NCBI GenBank assembly: GCA_017439555.1 | Contig: JAFSIZ010000062.1 | Coordinates: 19,010 to 83,009, forward strand | DNA from: Oscillospiraceae bacterium | GTDB lineage: Bacteria > Bacillota > Clostridia > Oscillospirales > JAAYXM01 | Direction: 5' to 3' | DNA length: 64,000 bases | In this document: piece after piece, positions 47,775-57,132 of the stretch | Numbering within the stretch: position 1 is the first letter of the stretch | How the letters are laid out: the number at the start of each line of letters is the position of its first letter | The notes under the pieces: generated by a model | Told to the model about the DNA's origin: nothing | Databases searched by the model: none | The model's input: only the letters and a program-made list of their open reading frames with translations | Program-made: the position numbers and the translations under genes

Positions 47775-49952
47775 ATGAAAATCATAAAAAGAGACGGTTC
47801 CGAGGCTGTTTTTGATATTACAAAGATTATTGTTGCCGTTACAAAGGCAAATGAGACGGTCGAGGAAAAAGACCGCATGACCCCTGTGCAGATTCAGCGC
47901 ATAGCAGAAAGCGTCGTTCTCGCCTGCGAAAAGCTCGGGCGTTCACCTGTTGTTGAAGAGGTTCAGGACCTTGTAGAAAAGCAGATTATGGCTCACGGAG
48001 CTTTTGAGGTTGCAAAAGCATATATAACCTATCGCTACACGCGCACACTCGTCCGCCAATCAAATACAACAGACGACAGAATCCTCAGCCTTATCGAATG
48101 CAATAATGAAGAGGCAAAGCAGGAAAACTCAAACAAAAACCCTGTTATCAACTCCACACAGCGCGACTATATGGCAGGCGAGGTTTCACGAGACATCACA
48201 AACAGGATTCTCCTTCCGCAGGAGATAGTCGATGCCCACAACGACGGTATCATCCACTTTCACGACACTGACTATTTTGCCCAGCATATGCACAACTGCG
48301 ACCTTGTAAATCTTGAGGATATGCTGCAGAACGGCACTGTCATCACAGGCACTCTCATCGAGCGCCCCCACAGCTTCTCAACTGCTTGTAACATCGCAAC
48401 ACAGATTATTGCACAGGTCGCATCGAATCAATATGGCGGCCAGTCAATCTCTTTAGCGCATCTTGCGCCGTTTGTAAACGTCAGCCGCGAGAAGATAAGG
48501 CGCGATCTCCGCGAGGAAACCGCTTCAATAAACATTGAGCTTCCTGAGGATGATTTTAACAAGGTTGTCGAAAAAAGGCTGCGCGAAGAAATACGCCGCG
48601 GTGTGCAGACAATCCAATATCAGGTGGTAACGCTTCTCACAACCAACGGTCAGGCTCCGTTTGTCACTGTATTCATGTATCTCGGTGAAGCAAAGAACGA
48701 ACAGGAAAAGCGCGACCTCGCACTCATCATTGAGGAAACCCTCGAGCAGCGTTATCAGGGCGTCAAGAACGAAGACGGTGTCTGGGTTACACCGGCATTC
48801 CCGAAGCTTGTATATGTCCTTGAAGAGGATAATATCCACGAGGATTCGCCATATTATTATCTCACACAGCTCTCGGCAAAGTGTACAGCGCGAAGAATGG
48901 TTCCCGACTATATCTCAGAGAAAATTATGTTCCGCGACAAGGTTGATAAGAACGGAAAAGGCAACTGCTACACCTGTATGGGCTGCCGCTCGTTCCTCAC
49001 TCCTTATGTCGATCCCGAAACGAATGAACCAAAATACTACGGACGTTTCAATCAGGGCGTTGTAACGATCAACCTCGTCGATATCGCGCTCTCCTCAGGC
49101 GGAAACATTGATAAATTCTGGAAAATATTTGACGAGCGGCTTGATCTCTGCTATCGCGCTCTTATGTGCCGCCACAACCGCCTCAAGGGTACGCTCTCAG
49201 ATGCAGCACCTATCCTCTGGCAATATGGAGCACTTGCGCGCCTTAAAAAAGGCGAGCCTATCGACAAGCTTCTCTATGGCGGCTATTCGACAATCTCGCT
49301 CGGCTATGCAGGCTTATATGAATGTGTAAAATATATGACAGGAAAGAGCCATACAGATCCGTCTGCAACTCCGTTTGCACTTGAGGTTATGCAATATCTG
49401 AACAAGGCAACAAAGACATGGAAGGAAAAGGAAAACATCGATTTCTCCATCTATGGCACGCCGATTGAATCCACAACCTATAAGTTTGCAAAATGCCTGC
49501 AGCGCCGTTTCGGCATTATCGAAGGTGTAACGGACAAGGGCTATATCACAAACAGCTATCACGTCCACGTCTCAGAGGAGATTGATGCTTTCGAAAAGCT
49601 CCGCTTTGAATCACAGTTCCAGACACTCTCACCCGGCGGCGCAATAAGCTATGTCGAGGTTCCGAATATGCAGCACAATCTTGACGCGGTGCTTGAGGTT
49701 ATGAAATTCATCTATGACAACATAATGTATGCCGAGCTCAACACAAAGAGCGACTATTGCCAGGTCTGCGGCTGGGACGGTGAAATAGAAATCCGGGAAG
49801 CTGACGGCAAGCTTGTATGGACTTGCCCGAAATGCGGAAACACAGATCAGGACAAGATGAATGTCGCGCGCCGCACCTGCGGATATATCGGCACTCAATT
49901 CTGGAATCAGGGGCGCACTCAGGAAATCCGCGAGCGCGTGTTACATCTGTAA
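47775..49952 (+). CDS. nrdD: Anaerobic ribonucleoside-triphosphate reductase
   Basis: 725 aa. N-terminal ATP-cone, C-terminal Zn-ribbon (CQVCGW...CPKCG), and glycyl-radical motif RRTCGYIG. Confidence 0.95.
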   Translation: MKIIKRDGSEAVFDITKIIVAVTKANETVEEKDRMTPVQIQRIAESVVLACEKLGRSPVVEEVQDLVEKQIMAHGAFEVAKAYITYRYTRTLVRQSNTTDDRILSLIECNNEEAKQENSNKNPVINSTQRDYMAGEVSRDITNRILLPQEIVDAHNDGIIHFHDTDYFAQHMHNCDLVNLEDMLQNGTVITGTLIERPHSFSTACNIATQIIAQVASNQYGGQSISLAHLAPFVNVSREKIRRDLREETASINIELPEDDFNKVVEKRLREEIRRGVQTIQYQVVTLLTTNGQAPFVTVFMYLGEAKNEQEKRDLALIIEETLEQRYQGVKNEDGVWVTPAFPKLVYVLEEDNIHEDSPYYYLTQLSAKCTARRMVPDYISEKIMFRDKVDKNGKGNCYTCMGCRSFLTPYVDPETNEPKYYGRFNQGVVTINLVDIALSSGGNIDKFWKIFDERLDLCYRALMCRHNRLKGTLSDAAPILWQYGALARLKKGEPIDKLLYGGYSTISLGYAGLYECVKYMTGKSHTDPSATPFALEVMQYLNKATKTWKEKENIDFSIYGTPIESTTYKFAKCLQRRFGIIEGVTDKGYITNSYHVHVSEEIDAFEKLRFESQFQTLSPGGAISYVEVPNMQHNLDAVLEVMKFIYDNIMYAELNTKSDYCQVCGWDGEIEIREADGKLVWTCPKCGNTDQDKMNVARRTCGYIGTQFWNQGRTQEIRERVLHL

Positions 49953-49958
49953 GCAGCT

Positions 49959-50477
49959 ATGTATTACGGTGAAATAAAACACAATGACATCGCAAACGGC
50001 ATCGGAGTCCGCGTTACTTTGTTCGTATCAGGCTGCAGAAACAACTGTAAAAACTGTTTCCAGCCCGAAACCTGGAGCTTCTCTTACGGCAAGGAATTCA
50101 CAAAAGAGACAGAGGATTATATCCTTTCGCTTCTCTCGCAGACACAGATAAAGGGGCTGACGCTGCTCGGCGGTGAGCCGTTTGAACCCGAAAATCAGCG
50201 TGATTTGCTCCTATTTCTGCTGCGCGTAAGAAAAGAGCTTCCAAACAAAACAATATGGGCTTTTTCCGGTTTTACGCTCGAGGAGCTTCGAGGCGACAGC
50301 CGCGGACACACCGAGGTGACGGAAGAGCTTCTGACTCTCCTTGATGTCCTCGTCGATGGGCGGTATATCGATGAGCTCCGCGATATTTCTCTGCGCTTCC
50401 GCGGCTCGTCCAATCAGCGGCTTATTGATATGCCGGAAACGCTGAAATGCGGCAATATCGTTCTTTGGGATAAATAA
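49959..50477 (+). CDS. nrdG: Anaerobic ribonucleotide reductase activating protein (radical SAM)
   Basis: 172 aa, with the CRNNCKNC (C-x3-C-x2-C) cluster and GGEP motif. Confidence 0.9.
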   Translation: MYYGEIKHNDIANGIGVRVTLFVSGCRNNCKNCFQPETWSFSYGKEFTKETEDYILSLLSQTQIKGLTLLGGEPFEPENQRDLLLFLLRVRKELPNKTIWAFSGFTLEELRGDSRGHTEVTEELLTLLDVLVDGRYIDELRDISLRFRGSSNQRLIDMPETLKCGNIVLWDK

Positions 50478-50495
50478 ATATTCAAAGATATAATT

Positions 50496-50535
50496 AAAAA
50501 ACAGGACTGCTTCAAATGAAGCAGTCCTGTTTTTC
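50496..50535. terminator. Bidirectional rho-independent terminator
   Basis: Hairpin ACAGGACTGCTTC-aaat-GAAGCAGTCCTGT flanked by AAAAA and TTTTT. Confidence 0.85.
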
Positions 50536-52329
50536 TCAAGCAAACTGGGAATTATATAATGTGCTGTAAAAGCCGCCTTTCTCAAGCAGCTCCTCGTGTG
50601 TTCCCTGTTCCGTGATTTGCCCGTCACGCACGACCAGAATAGTATCCGCGTTTTGTATTGTCGAAAGCCTGTGGGCGATAACGAAGCAGGTTCTGCCCTT
50701 CATAAGCGCCGTCATCGCCTCCTGAATCATAATCTCTGTCCGCGAATCGACATTTGATGTCGCTTCATCAAGAATAAGCATAGGCGCCTGCGACAGAAAT
50801 GCTCTTGCAATTGTTATCAGCTGGCGCTGCCCTTTTGATATATTCACACCGTCATCAGAAAGCACGGTATCATATCCGTCAGGCAGACTTTCGATATATC
50901 CGTCAATTCTTGCGGATTTCGCCGCAGAGCGAACCTCTTCCATCGTGGCATTTTCTCTGCCGTAGACGATGTTTTCAAAAATTGTCCCGTGGAAGAGCCA
51001 CGTATCCTGAAGCACCATCGTATATGCTCTTCGCAGCTCCTCGCGCTTTATCTTGAGTGAAGGCACCGAATCTATGCGGATTTCACCTGAAACAGGGTCA
51101 TAAAAACGCATCAGCAGATTTATAATCGTTGTTTTGCCTGCACCTGTCGGCCCGACAATTGCTATCATCTGCCCCGGATTTGCTGTGACGGAAACGTTAT
51201 GCAGAATCGTCACATCCTCGCGATATCCGAAGGTTATGTCATCAAGTTCAACCTTTCCGTCAATTTCTCCGATTTCCTTTGCATCGGCGCAGTCCTCCGG
51301 CTCAGGCTTTTCGTCGAGCACGCGGAACACACGCTCTGCAGCAGAAAAGGCTGATTGAAATTCGTGCATTATATTTGAAAACTCGTTTATCGGCCCGGCA
51401 AATTTTCTCGAATACTGCACAAACTGTGCAACGCCGCCAAGTGTTATGAACAACACAGATGATGCCGCTACCAACCCATTCTCAGAGTACATATACAAAA
51501 TCCCTCCGAAAATGGCTACCAAAGATATGGAAATATTATTGATCAGATTTATTGTCGGAAACAGGAGCGAAGCATTATATTCAGCGTTGTAATATGCGCT
51601 CATTGCATTGTCATTATATGTATTGAACCGACCTGATATCACATCCTGACGGCCATATGCACGTATGCTTGCCGTTCCGGACAGCATTTCCTCCGCATAT
51701 CCGTTCAGCTCACCGTATCTTTTCGAACGCGCACTGAACAACGGACGTACTTTTTTTGACCTGTATCTTGTAAACAGTATAGACACAGGCACAGTCAATG
51801 CGAAAATGAGGATCATCGGCCTTGAAATTCTCCACATAAATACGATCGAACCGACAACCGTATATATGCTTGTCATAACCTGCACAAGATCGTGGGAAAG
51901 CGAGGTGTTCACCGTATCGATATCATAGGAAATTCGGCTTATGATGTCTCCTGTTGCATTCGTATCAAAATATCCGACAGGAAGCGTGTTCAGCTTTTCG
52001 AAAACCTGTTTTCTCATCGTATATACAATACACTGACTCAGATGTATCATAAGAGCGGACAGGATATATGAAAGAACGGCGGAGCCTGCATAGCAGATAA
52101 TCATTCTTATGACGTTGTCCCATACTGTCGGAAAATCAACATTCAAAGATTGGCTGATTGCATCAATCGCCGCGCCAGAATAATATGGCCCCATAAGTGC
52201 GAGCTGATTTGACAGCAACGTGAGCAAAACAGCCGGTATGAACAAATACCAATACTGCAGGATATACCTGCTCAATCGCAATATGATTCCGCGATTGCTG
52301 CGTTTTGGCAAATTGCGTTTTTCAGTCAA
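50536..52329 (-). CDS. ABC exporter, fused permease/ATPase (type I, multidrug/lipid exporter-like), subunit 2
   Basis: Six-TM domain plus NBD (GPTGAGKTT, ISKGQRQ, LILDEATS). Start chosen at TTG 52329, 6 nt after GGGAGGTG; the track ORF starts at GTG 52356. Confidence 0.85.
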   Translation of the reverse strand: MTEKRNLPKRSNRGIILRLSRYILQYWYLFIPAVLLTLLSNQLALMGPYYSGAAIDAISQSLNVDFPTVWDNVIRMIICYAGSAVLSYILSALMIHLSQCIVYTMRKQVFEKLNTLPVGYFDTNATGDIISRISYDIDTVNTSLSHDLVQVMTSIYTVVGSIVFMWRISRPMILIFALTVPVSILFTRYRSKKVRPLFSARSKRYGELNGYAEEMLSGTASIRAYGRQDVISGRFNTYNDNAMSAYYNAEYNASLLFPTINLINNISISLVAIFGGILYMYSENGLVAASSVLFITLGGVAQFVQYSRKFAGPINEFSNIMHEFQSAFSAAERVFRVLDEKPEPEDCADAKEIGEIDGKVELDDITFGYREDVTILHNVSVTANPGQMIAIVGPTGAGKTTIINLLMRFYDPVSGEIRIDSVPSLKIKREELRRAYTMVLQDTWLFHGTIFENIVYGRENATMEEVRSAAKSARIDGYIESLPDGYDTVLSDDGVNISKGQRQLITIARAFLSQAPMLILDEATSNVDSRTEIMIQEAMTALMKGRTCFVIAHRLSTIQNADTILVVRDGQITEQGTHEELLEKGGFYSTLYNSQFA

Positions 52330-54040
52330 GGAAAGCACCTCCCATCTGGGAATCACTTATCTGCTTATATTCCGGGCAGCTTTCAAGAAGCTCTTCGTGC
52401 TTGCCGCGACCGATGATTCTTCCGTCATCCAATACGAGAATCAAATCACAGTCCTTGACAGAGCTCACCCTCTGTGCCACTGTTATAACGGTTGAATCCG
52501 ACATCGATTCCTTTAAAGCCAACCTCAGGCTTGCATCTGTTTTATAGTCGAGCGCCGAGGATGAATCATCAAGAATAAGTATCTCCGGCCTTGCCGCGAT
52601 TGCACGCGCGATAAGCAGGCGCTGGCGCTGACCTCCGGACAGATTCGTTCCTTTTGAGGAAACAGAATGCTTGTATCCGTCAGGGATTGCTGTGATAAAA
52701 TCGTGAGCCTGAGCAATCTTTGCGGCGCGGACAATATCTTCATCGGAGATATCTCTTCCGAATCGGATATTCTCCTCGATAGTATCGGCATAGATAAAAT
52801 CATTCTGCAGTGCTGTTCCGAACATCGCTGCAAGCTCTTCCGTTGTGTAGGATGAAATCATTTTTCCACAAACCCTGATCTTTCCGGAATCAACATCATA
52901 GAATCTGAGCAGAAGCTTTATAAATGTTGATTTACCACTTCCTGTCGCCCCGATTATTCCAAGCGAATCTCCTCTTCTGAGCGAAAGTGTTACATTTTCA
53001 AGATTCGGTTTCTTTCCGAGATATGAAAAGGTCACATTTTCAAAAGAGATATGCTCGCTGCAATCCCCTTTTCCATCATCTGCTGCGACAGGCAGCTTGT
53101 CAGGCTCTTCGAGAACTTCGCTGATTCTTCTTGCGGATGCGGCACATTTTGTATACATGACAAACATTCTCGAGAGTGACATCAGCGCCATTGAAATCAG
53201 CGTGAAATATTGAGTAAACGCGATTACCGTTGCGGCAGATGAAGTTCCTCTCGCCACGCTGTAGGCCGCCACTGCAATTACTCCGGCTATCCCCAGATTC
53301 ATAAGCAATGTCATTATCGGGTTTACCGCGTTCATAACAAAACCTGCGCGGCGCTCTTTTCTCGCCAACTCCCGATTATAGACGTCATACCTTCGGTTTT
53401 CGTAGTCATTTTTGGAAAGCGCTTTGATGACACGTATTCCCTGAACGTCTTCGCGCACAACACGGATCATATCATCTGTAGATTTCTGAACCTGTGTATA
53501 CAGCGGAACACCGCGCCTTGCAATACTGAAAACCGTGATGAAAATCAGTGGCATTGCAGCAATCATAACAGTCGCAAGAATGCGGTCCATAAATAAAGTT
53601 ATTCCGACACCGCCCAGAAGCAGAATAGGCGCACGCACGCCCATTCGCTGCATCATTCCGATAAAATTCTGAACGTGATATGTATCCGTCGTAATCCTTG
53701 ATTCAAGGGATGCTACCGTAAACCTGTCGGTATCCCGTGCGGAAAGCCTCAGCGTTTTTGAAAACAGCTCGCGCCGCATTGCTATTGAAAAATCGGCCGT
53801 GACCCTCGCTGCCATTCTGTTTGCCGTGATATTTCCGACACTGGCGATAAGCGCACACAGAATCATCAGTATTCCATAGAAGACAACCCTTGAAATCTGC
53901 ATCGTCACAATGACCTTCTCAAGAATATGTGTAAGCAGAAAAGGAATCATAAGCTCCGCAACCGTGCCTGCTGTCTTTATCGTGAAGCCTATGATAAGCT
54001 TGCCTGTATTCGGAGAAAGATATGCTAATATTCGTTTCAT
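52322..54040 (-). CDS. ABC exporter, fused permease/ATPase, subunit 1
   Basis: Six-TM domain plus NBD (GATGSGKST, LSGGQRQ, LILDDSSS). ATGA overlap with the marR stop. Confidence 0.85.
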   Translation of the reverse strand: MKRILAYLSPNTGKLIIGFTIKTAGTVAELMIPFLLTHILEKVIVTMQISRVVFYGILMILCALIASVGNITANRMAARVTADFSIAMRRELFSKTLRLSARDTDRFTVASLESRITTDTYHVQNFIGMMQRMGVRAPILLLGGVGITLFMDRILATVMIAAMPLIFITVFSIARRGVPLYTQVQKSTDDMIRVVREDVQGIRVIKALSKNDYENRRYDVYNRELARKERRAGFVMNAVNPIMTLLMNLGIAGVIAVAAYSVARGTSSAATVIAFTQYFTLISMALMSLSRMFVMYTKCAASARRISEVLEEPDKLPVAADDGKGDCSEHISFENVTFSYLGKKPNLENVTLSLRRGDSLGIIGATGSGKSTFIKLLLRFYDVDSGKIRVCGKMISSYTTEELAAMFGTALQNDFIYADTIEENIRFGRDISDEDIVRAAKIAQAHDFITAIPDGYKHSVSSKGTNLSGGQRQRLLIARAIAARPEILILDDSSSALDYKTDASLRLALKESMSDSTVITVAQRVSSVKDCDLILVLDDGRIIGRGKHEELLESCPEYKQISDSQMGGAFLD

Positions 54041-54477
54041 TCTCCGCCCTCCAGCTCTTTCATTATCAATTTCGCCCGCTCTTCCATTCTCGACAAAACG
54101 CCATAGAATATCTCGAGCTCATCTGCCGAAACCCCGACGGACATAAGCTCGTTCCATTCCTTGTTCGACTGTCTCACCCAGCCACACAGCGTTTCCATCT
54201 TTTCTGTCGGATATACAAGGTATTCCCTCTTGTCCTTTTCGTTTGATATGCGCGTTATATATCCACATTTTTCAAGGTGCGCAAGAGCCCTCGCCACTGT
54301 GCTCTTGTCAAGGCACAGCTCGCGCGCAAGCTCCTCCTGCGTCCTGCCGGGAGTATGGCATATAACCAGAACAAACGCATAGTGATTCGGGTATAAATCC
54401 TTCGCGCCGACCTTTTTTTCACGGTACATCGACTGACAACGGCTTATGTTGTTCAGCGTCTTCATTATCTTCGGCAT
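54037..54477 (-). CDS. MarR-family transcriptional regulator
   Basis: 146 aa. It has a winged HTH (QEELARELCLDKSTVARALAHLEKCGYITR) and is the first gene of the operon with the two ABC half-transporters. Confidence 0.85.
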   Translation of the reverse strand: MPKIMKTLNNISRCQSMYREKKVGAKDLYPNHYAFVLVICHTPGRTQEELARELCLDKSTVARALAHLEKCGYITRISNEKDKREYLVYPTEKMETLCGWVRQSNKEWNELMSVGVSADELEIFYGVLSRMEERAKLIMKELEGGE

Positions 54478-54492
54478 AACCGCCCTCCAAAT

Positions 54493-54527
54493 ATAGTTGC
54501 ATGCGCAACTGTTGTTTCCGCAACTAT
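54493..54527. promoter_or_regulatory. Candidate MarR operator (ATAGTTGC / GCAACT / GCAACTAT repeats)
   Basis: ATAGTTGC (54493-54500), GCAACT (54505-54510) and GCAACTAT (54520-54527). The pseudo-palindrome AGTTGC-atgc-GCAACT lies between the -10 and the marR SD. Confidence 0.4.
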
Positions 54528-54554
54528 TCTAACATATGAATATGATGCTGTCAA
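54526..54554 (-). promoter_or_regulatory. Candidate promoter of the marR-ABC operon
   Basis: On the minus strand: TTGACA (54554-54549), a 17-nt spacer ending in TGT, then TAGAAT (54531-54526). Confidence 0.5.
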
Positions 54555-54580
54555 CATAAGGATATGCGCAAACTCTTTTA

Positions 54581-54609
54581 TTGATATTTACACCACACGG
54601 TGATATAAT
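54581..54609 (+). promoter_or_regulatory. Candidate promoter of nadE-ydcF-cysK
   Basis: TTGATA, a 17-nt spacer, then consensus TATAAT (54604-54609). Confidence 0.5.
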
Positions 54610-54650
54610 ATTTCTATAATTACAGTTATCTGTGAAAGGAAGTTTTATTT

Positions 54651-55388
54651 ATGCGCGATTATGCAAAAGAACTCGAAGAAAGAGTTGCCTATATCAGAAA
54701 TCTTATTGAGGAAAGCCACGCCTCCGGAATTGTTTTCGGAAACAGCGGTGGAAAAGACTGTGCGCTCGTTGGCATTCTCTGTAAAAAGGCGTGTGACAAC
54801 ACAGTCTGCCTGCAGCTGCCCTGCCATTCAAAGCAGAATTTCGGCTCCGATATAGACGATGCTCTTGCTGTTGCAAAAAAATTCAACATTGAACACCGCA
54901 CGTTTGATCTCACGCCTGTGCGCGCGGCAATGCTCAGTATGATGGGCGACGAGGTCACTCTAAACAGCAACGCTCTCGTTAACCTTCCGCCAAGACTCCG
55001 CATGACAACACTCTATACTGTTGCCGCAGCAGAGAACAGGCTCGTCGCAGGAACAGGTAACAGAAGCGAGAGATATATGGGCTATTTCACAAAGCACGGT
55101 GACGGTGCCTGCGACTTCAACCCGATTTCCGATCTCACCGTCGGCGAGGTTTATGAGTTTCTGAGATATCTTGACGCACCTGCCTCCGTTATCGAAAAAG
55201 CGCCATCCGCAGGTCTCTATGAAGGTCAGACAGATGAAAAGGATATGGGAGTTACCTATGCTGAAATTGATGAATATATCTTAAACGGCACGGGAAAGCC
55301 CGAAAGCATCGAGATAATCAACCGCTATCATTCGAGAAGCGAGCACAAGCGCCGCCCGACAAATATGTTCCGCGAGGTGAACGATTGA
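54651..55388 (+). CDS. nadE: NH3-dependent NAD+ synthetase
   Basis: 245 aa, with PP-loop SGGKDC (a variant of SGGxDS) and the TGNRSERYMGYFTKHGDG block. Confidence 0.85.
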   Translation: MRDYAKELEERVAYIRNLIEESHASGIVFGNSGGKDCALVGILCKKACDNTVCLQLPCHSKQNFGSDIDDALAVAKKFNIEHRTFDLTPVRAAMLSMMGDEVTLNSNALVNLPPRLRMTTLYTVAAAENRLVAGTGNRSERYMGYFTKHGDGACDFNPISDLTVGEVYEFLRYLDAPASVIEKAPSAGLYEGQTDEKDMGVTYAEIDEYILNGTGKPESIEIINRYHSRSEHKRRPTNMFREVND

Positions 55389-56140
55389 TTATGCGCCGCA
55401 CATTTTATATTCTGTCGGCACTTTGCTTCATCATATCGTTTATATTTATTTTCTGTCTTATCGGCTATAAATTTACAGGCTTTCTTATTTTTGTGCTCGG
55501 CGCGTTCTTTTTATATCTGGCGCTGAGTATAGGTATAAGGAAGAGGTCTCTCAAAATCATACGCGGTATCGTTATTGCGCTTGCCGCAATCGGAATAATA
55601 TTCACAACCGCGATGACAGGCGTTGTTATGAGCCGTATGAACGGTGATGCCGACATACCTTGCGACTATATAATCGTTCTCGGCGCAGGACTTGACGGCG
55701 AAACCCCGTCGCTCACGCTAGTCGACAGGCTCAGGAGATGCACTGACTATATGAACGATTTTCCCGAAAGCACAGCAATAGTAAGCGGCGGAATGGGCTC
55801 AGGAGAAACGATTACCGAAGCGCTTGCTATGGAGCGTTACCTCATCTCAAAAGGAATTTCGCCCTCGCGCATCATTAAAGAGGAAAAGGCAACCAACACA
55901 AACGAAAATCTCATATTTTCAAAAGAAATTATTGATGAAAGAAACGGTGGAAGTGTTGCAATAATATCGAGTGATTATCATATTTTTCGCGCAGGAAAGC
56001 TTGCCGAAAAGCAAGGTATTTCCGCAACTATGCTCGCAGCCCGTACAACACTTCCGATACTTCGTATAAACTATGCTGTCCGCGAGGGCTTTGCACTTGT
56101 AAAGGCAAGGCTTCTCGGGCATATTCAGGAGCTGATATAA
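55385..56140 (+). CDS. YdcF/DUF218 family protein with N-terminal TM helices (ElyC/SanA-like)
   Basis: Three N-terminal hydrophobic helices, then DUF218-like IIVLGAGL...IVSGG...TNTNEN...SDYHIFR. The start is either TTG 55385 or ATG 55391. Confidence 0.75.
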   Translation: MIMRRTFYILSALCFIISFIFIFCLIGYKFTGFLIFVLGAFFLYLALSIGIRKRSLKIIRGIVIALAAIGIIFTTAMTGVVMSRMNGDADIPCDYIIVLGAGLDGETPSLTLVDRLRRCTDYMNDFPESTAIVSGGMGSGETITEALAMERYLISKGISPSRIIKEEKATNTNENLIFSKEIIDERNGGSVAIISSDYHIFRAGKLAEKQGISATMLAARTTLPILRINYAVREGFALVKARLLGHIQELI

Positions 56141-57072
56141 TGAACATCCACAAATCAATTGAAAGCCTTATCGGCCATACTCCGTTGCTCGAGCTTCGCA
56201 ACTTTGCGCTTGAAAGAAATATTCCGGCAAGTCTTTGTGCAAAGCTTGAATATTTCAACCCTACAGGCAGCGTGAAGGACCGCGCGGCATACGGAATGAT
56301 AATCGATGCCGAAAAGCGCGGACTTTTAAAGCCCGGTGCAGTTATCATCGAGCCGACAAGCGGCAACACGGGAATCGGGCTTGCGGCTGTCGGCGCAGCG
56401 CGTGGCTATCACGTCGTCCTCACTATGCCGGATACGATGAGCCATGAGAGAATAACATTGCTCGCGGCATATGGTGCAGAGCTAGTTCTGACACCCGGCG
56501 CAGAAGGGATGAGCGGTGCAATAAAGCGTGCGCAGGAGCTGCACGGGGAAATCGAAGGAAGCTTTATACCAAATCAGTTTGAAAACCCGGCAAATCCTGC
56601 AATACATGAGATTACAACTGCACAGGAAATCTGGGATGATACTGACGGAAAGGTTGATATTGTCGTTGCCGGTGTCGGCTCGGGCGGCACAGTCAGCGGC
56701 ATCGGACGCGCACTCAAAGAGAAAAACCCCGACATCAGGATAATCGCTGTCGAGCCTTGCGACTCCCCTGTGCTTTCAGGCGGAACAGCCGGTGCACACA
56801 AGCTGCAGGGTATCGGCGCAGGCTTTGTTCCGAAGGCGCTCGACACTGAGATGTATGACGAGGTAATAACCGTTTCCACAGAAGAGGCCTATTCCGCAGC
56901 ACGCGATGCGGCAGCTCTCGACGGTGTATTCTGCGGAATAACCTCAGGCGCCGCGTTTTATGCCGCAGAGATATGCTCAAAGCTTCCGGAAAACGAAGGA
57001 AAGCTCATTGTCGCCATCGCCCCGGATTCCGGCTCACGCTACCTATCCACTCCCGGGCTTTTTTCAGAATAA
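56140..57072 (+). CDS. cysK: Cysteine synthase A (O-acetylserine sulfhydrylase)
   Basis: 310 aa, with the PLP-lysine motif NPTGSVKDRAA, TSGNTGIGLA and GVGSGGT. TAATG overlap with ydcF. Confidence 0.9.
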   Translation: MNIHKSIESLIGHTPLLELRNFALERNIPASLCAKLEYFNPTGSVKDRAAYGMIIDAEKRGLLKPGAVIIEPTSGNTGIGLAAVGAARGYHVVLTMPDTMSHERITLLAAYGAELVLTPGAEGMSGAIKRAQELHGEIEGSFIPNQFENPANPAIHEITTAQEIWDDTDGKVDIVVAGVGSGGTVSGIGRALKEKNPDIRIIAVEPCDSPVLSGGTAGAHKLQGIGAGFVPKALDTEMYDEVITVSTEEAYSAARDAAALDGVFCGITSGAAFYAAEICSKLPENEGKLIVAIAPDSGSRYLSTPGLFSE

Positions 57073-57108
57073 AAACAAAGGCCTCTGCCAACAATGGCAG
57101 AGGCCTTA
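57072..57108. terminator. Terminator hairpin between the convergent cysK and acyltransferase-like genes
   Basis: Hairpin AAGGCCTCTGCCA-acaa-TGGCAGAGGCCTT. There is a good T-tail on the minus strand and a poor one on the plus strand. Confidence 0.7.
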
Positions 57109-57132
57109 TACTGTCGAAAAAGGCTATAAAAA

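Noticed and set aside
54651-55388. NadE PP-loop variant SGGKDC as a sign of altered function
   Set aside because: It is a single Ser-to-Cys change at the last position of SGGxDS, and the rest of the protein looks like ordinary short NadE. There is not enough to claim anything.
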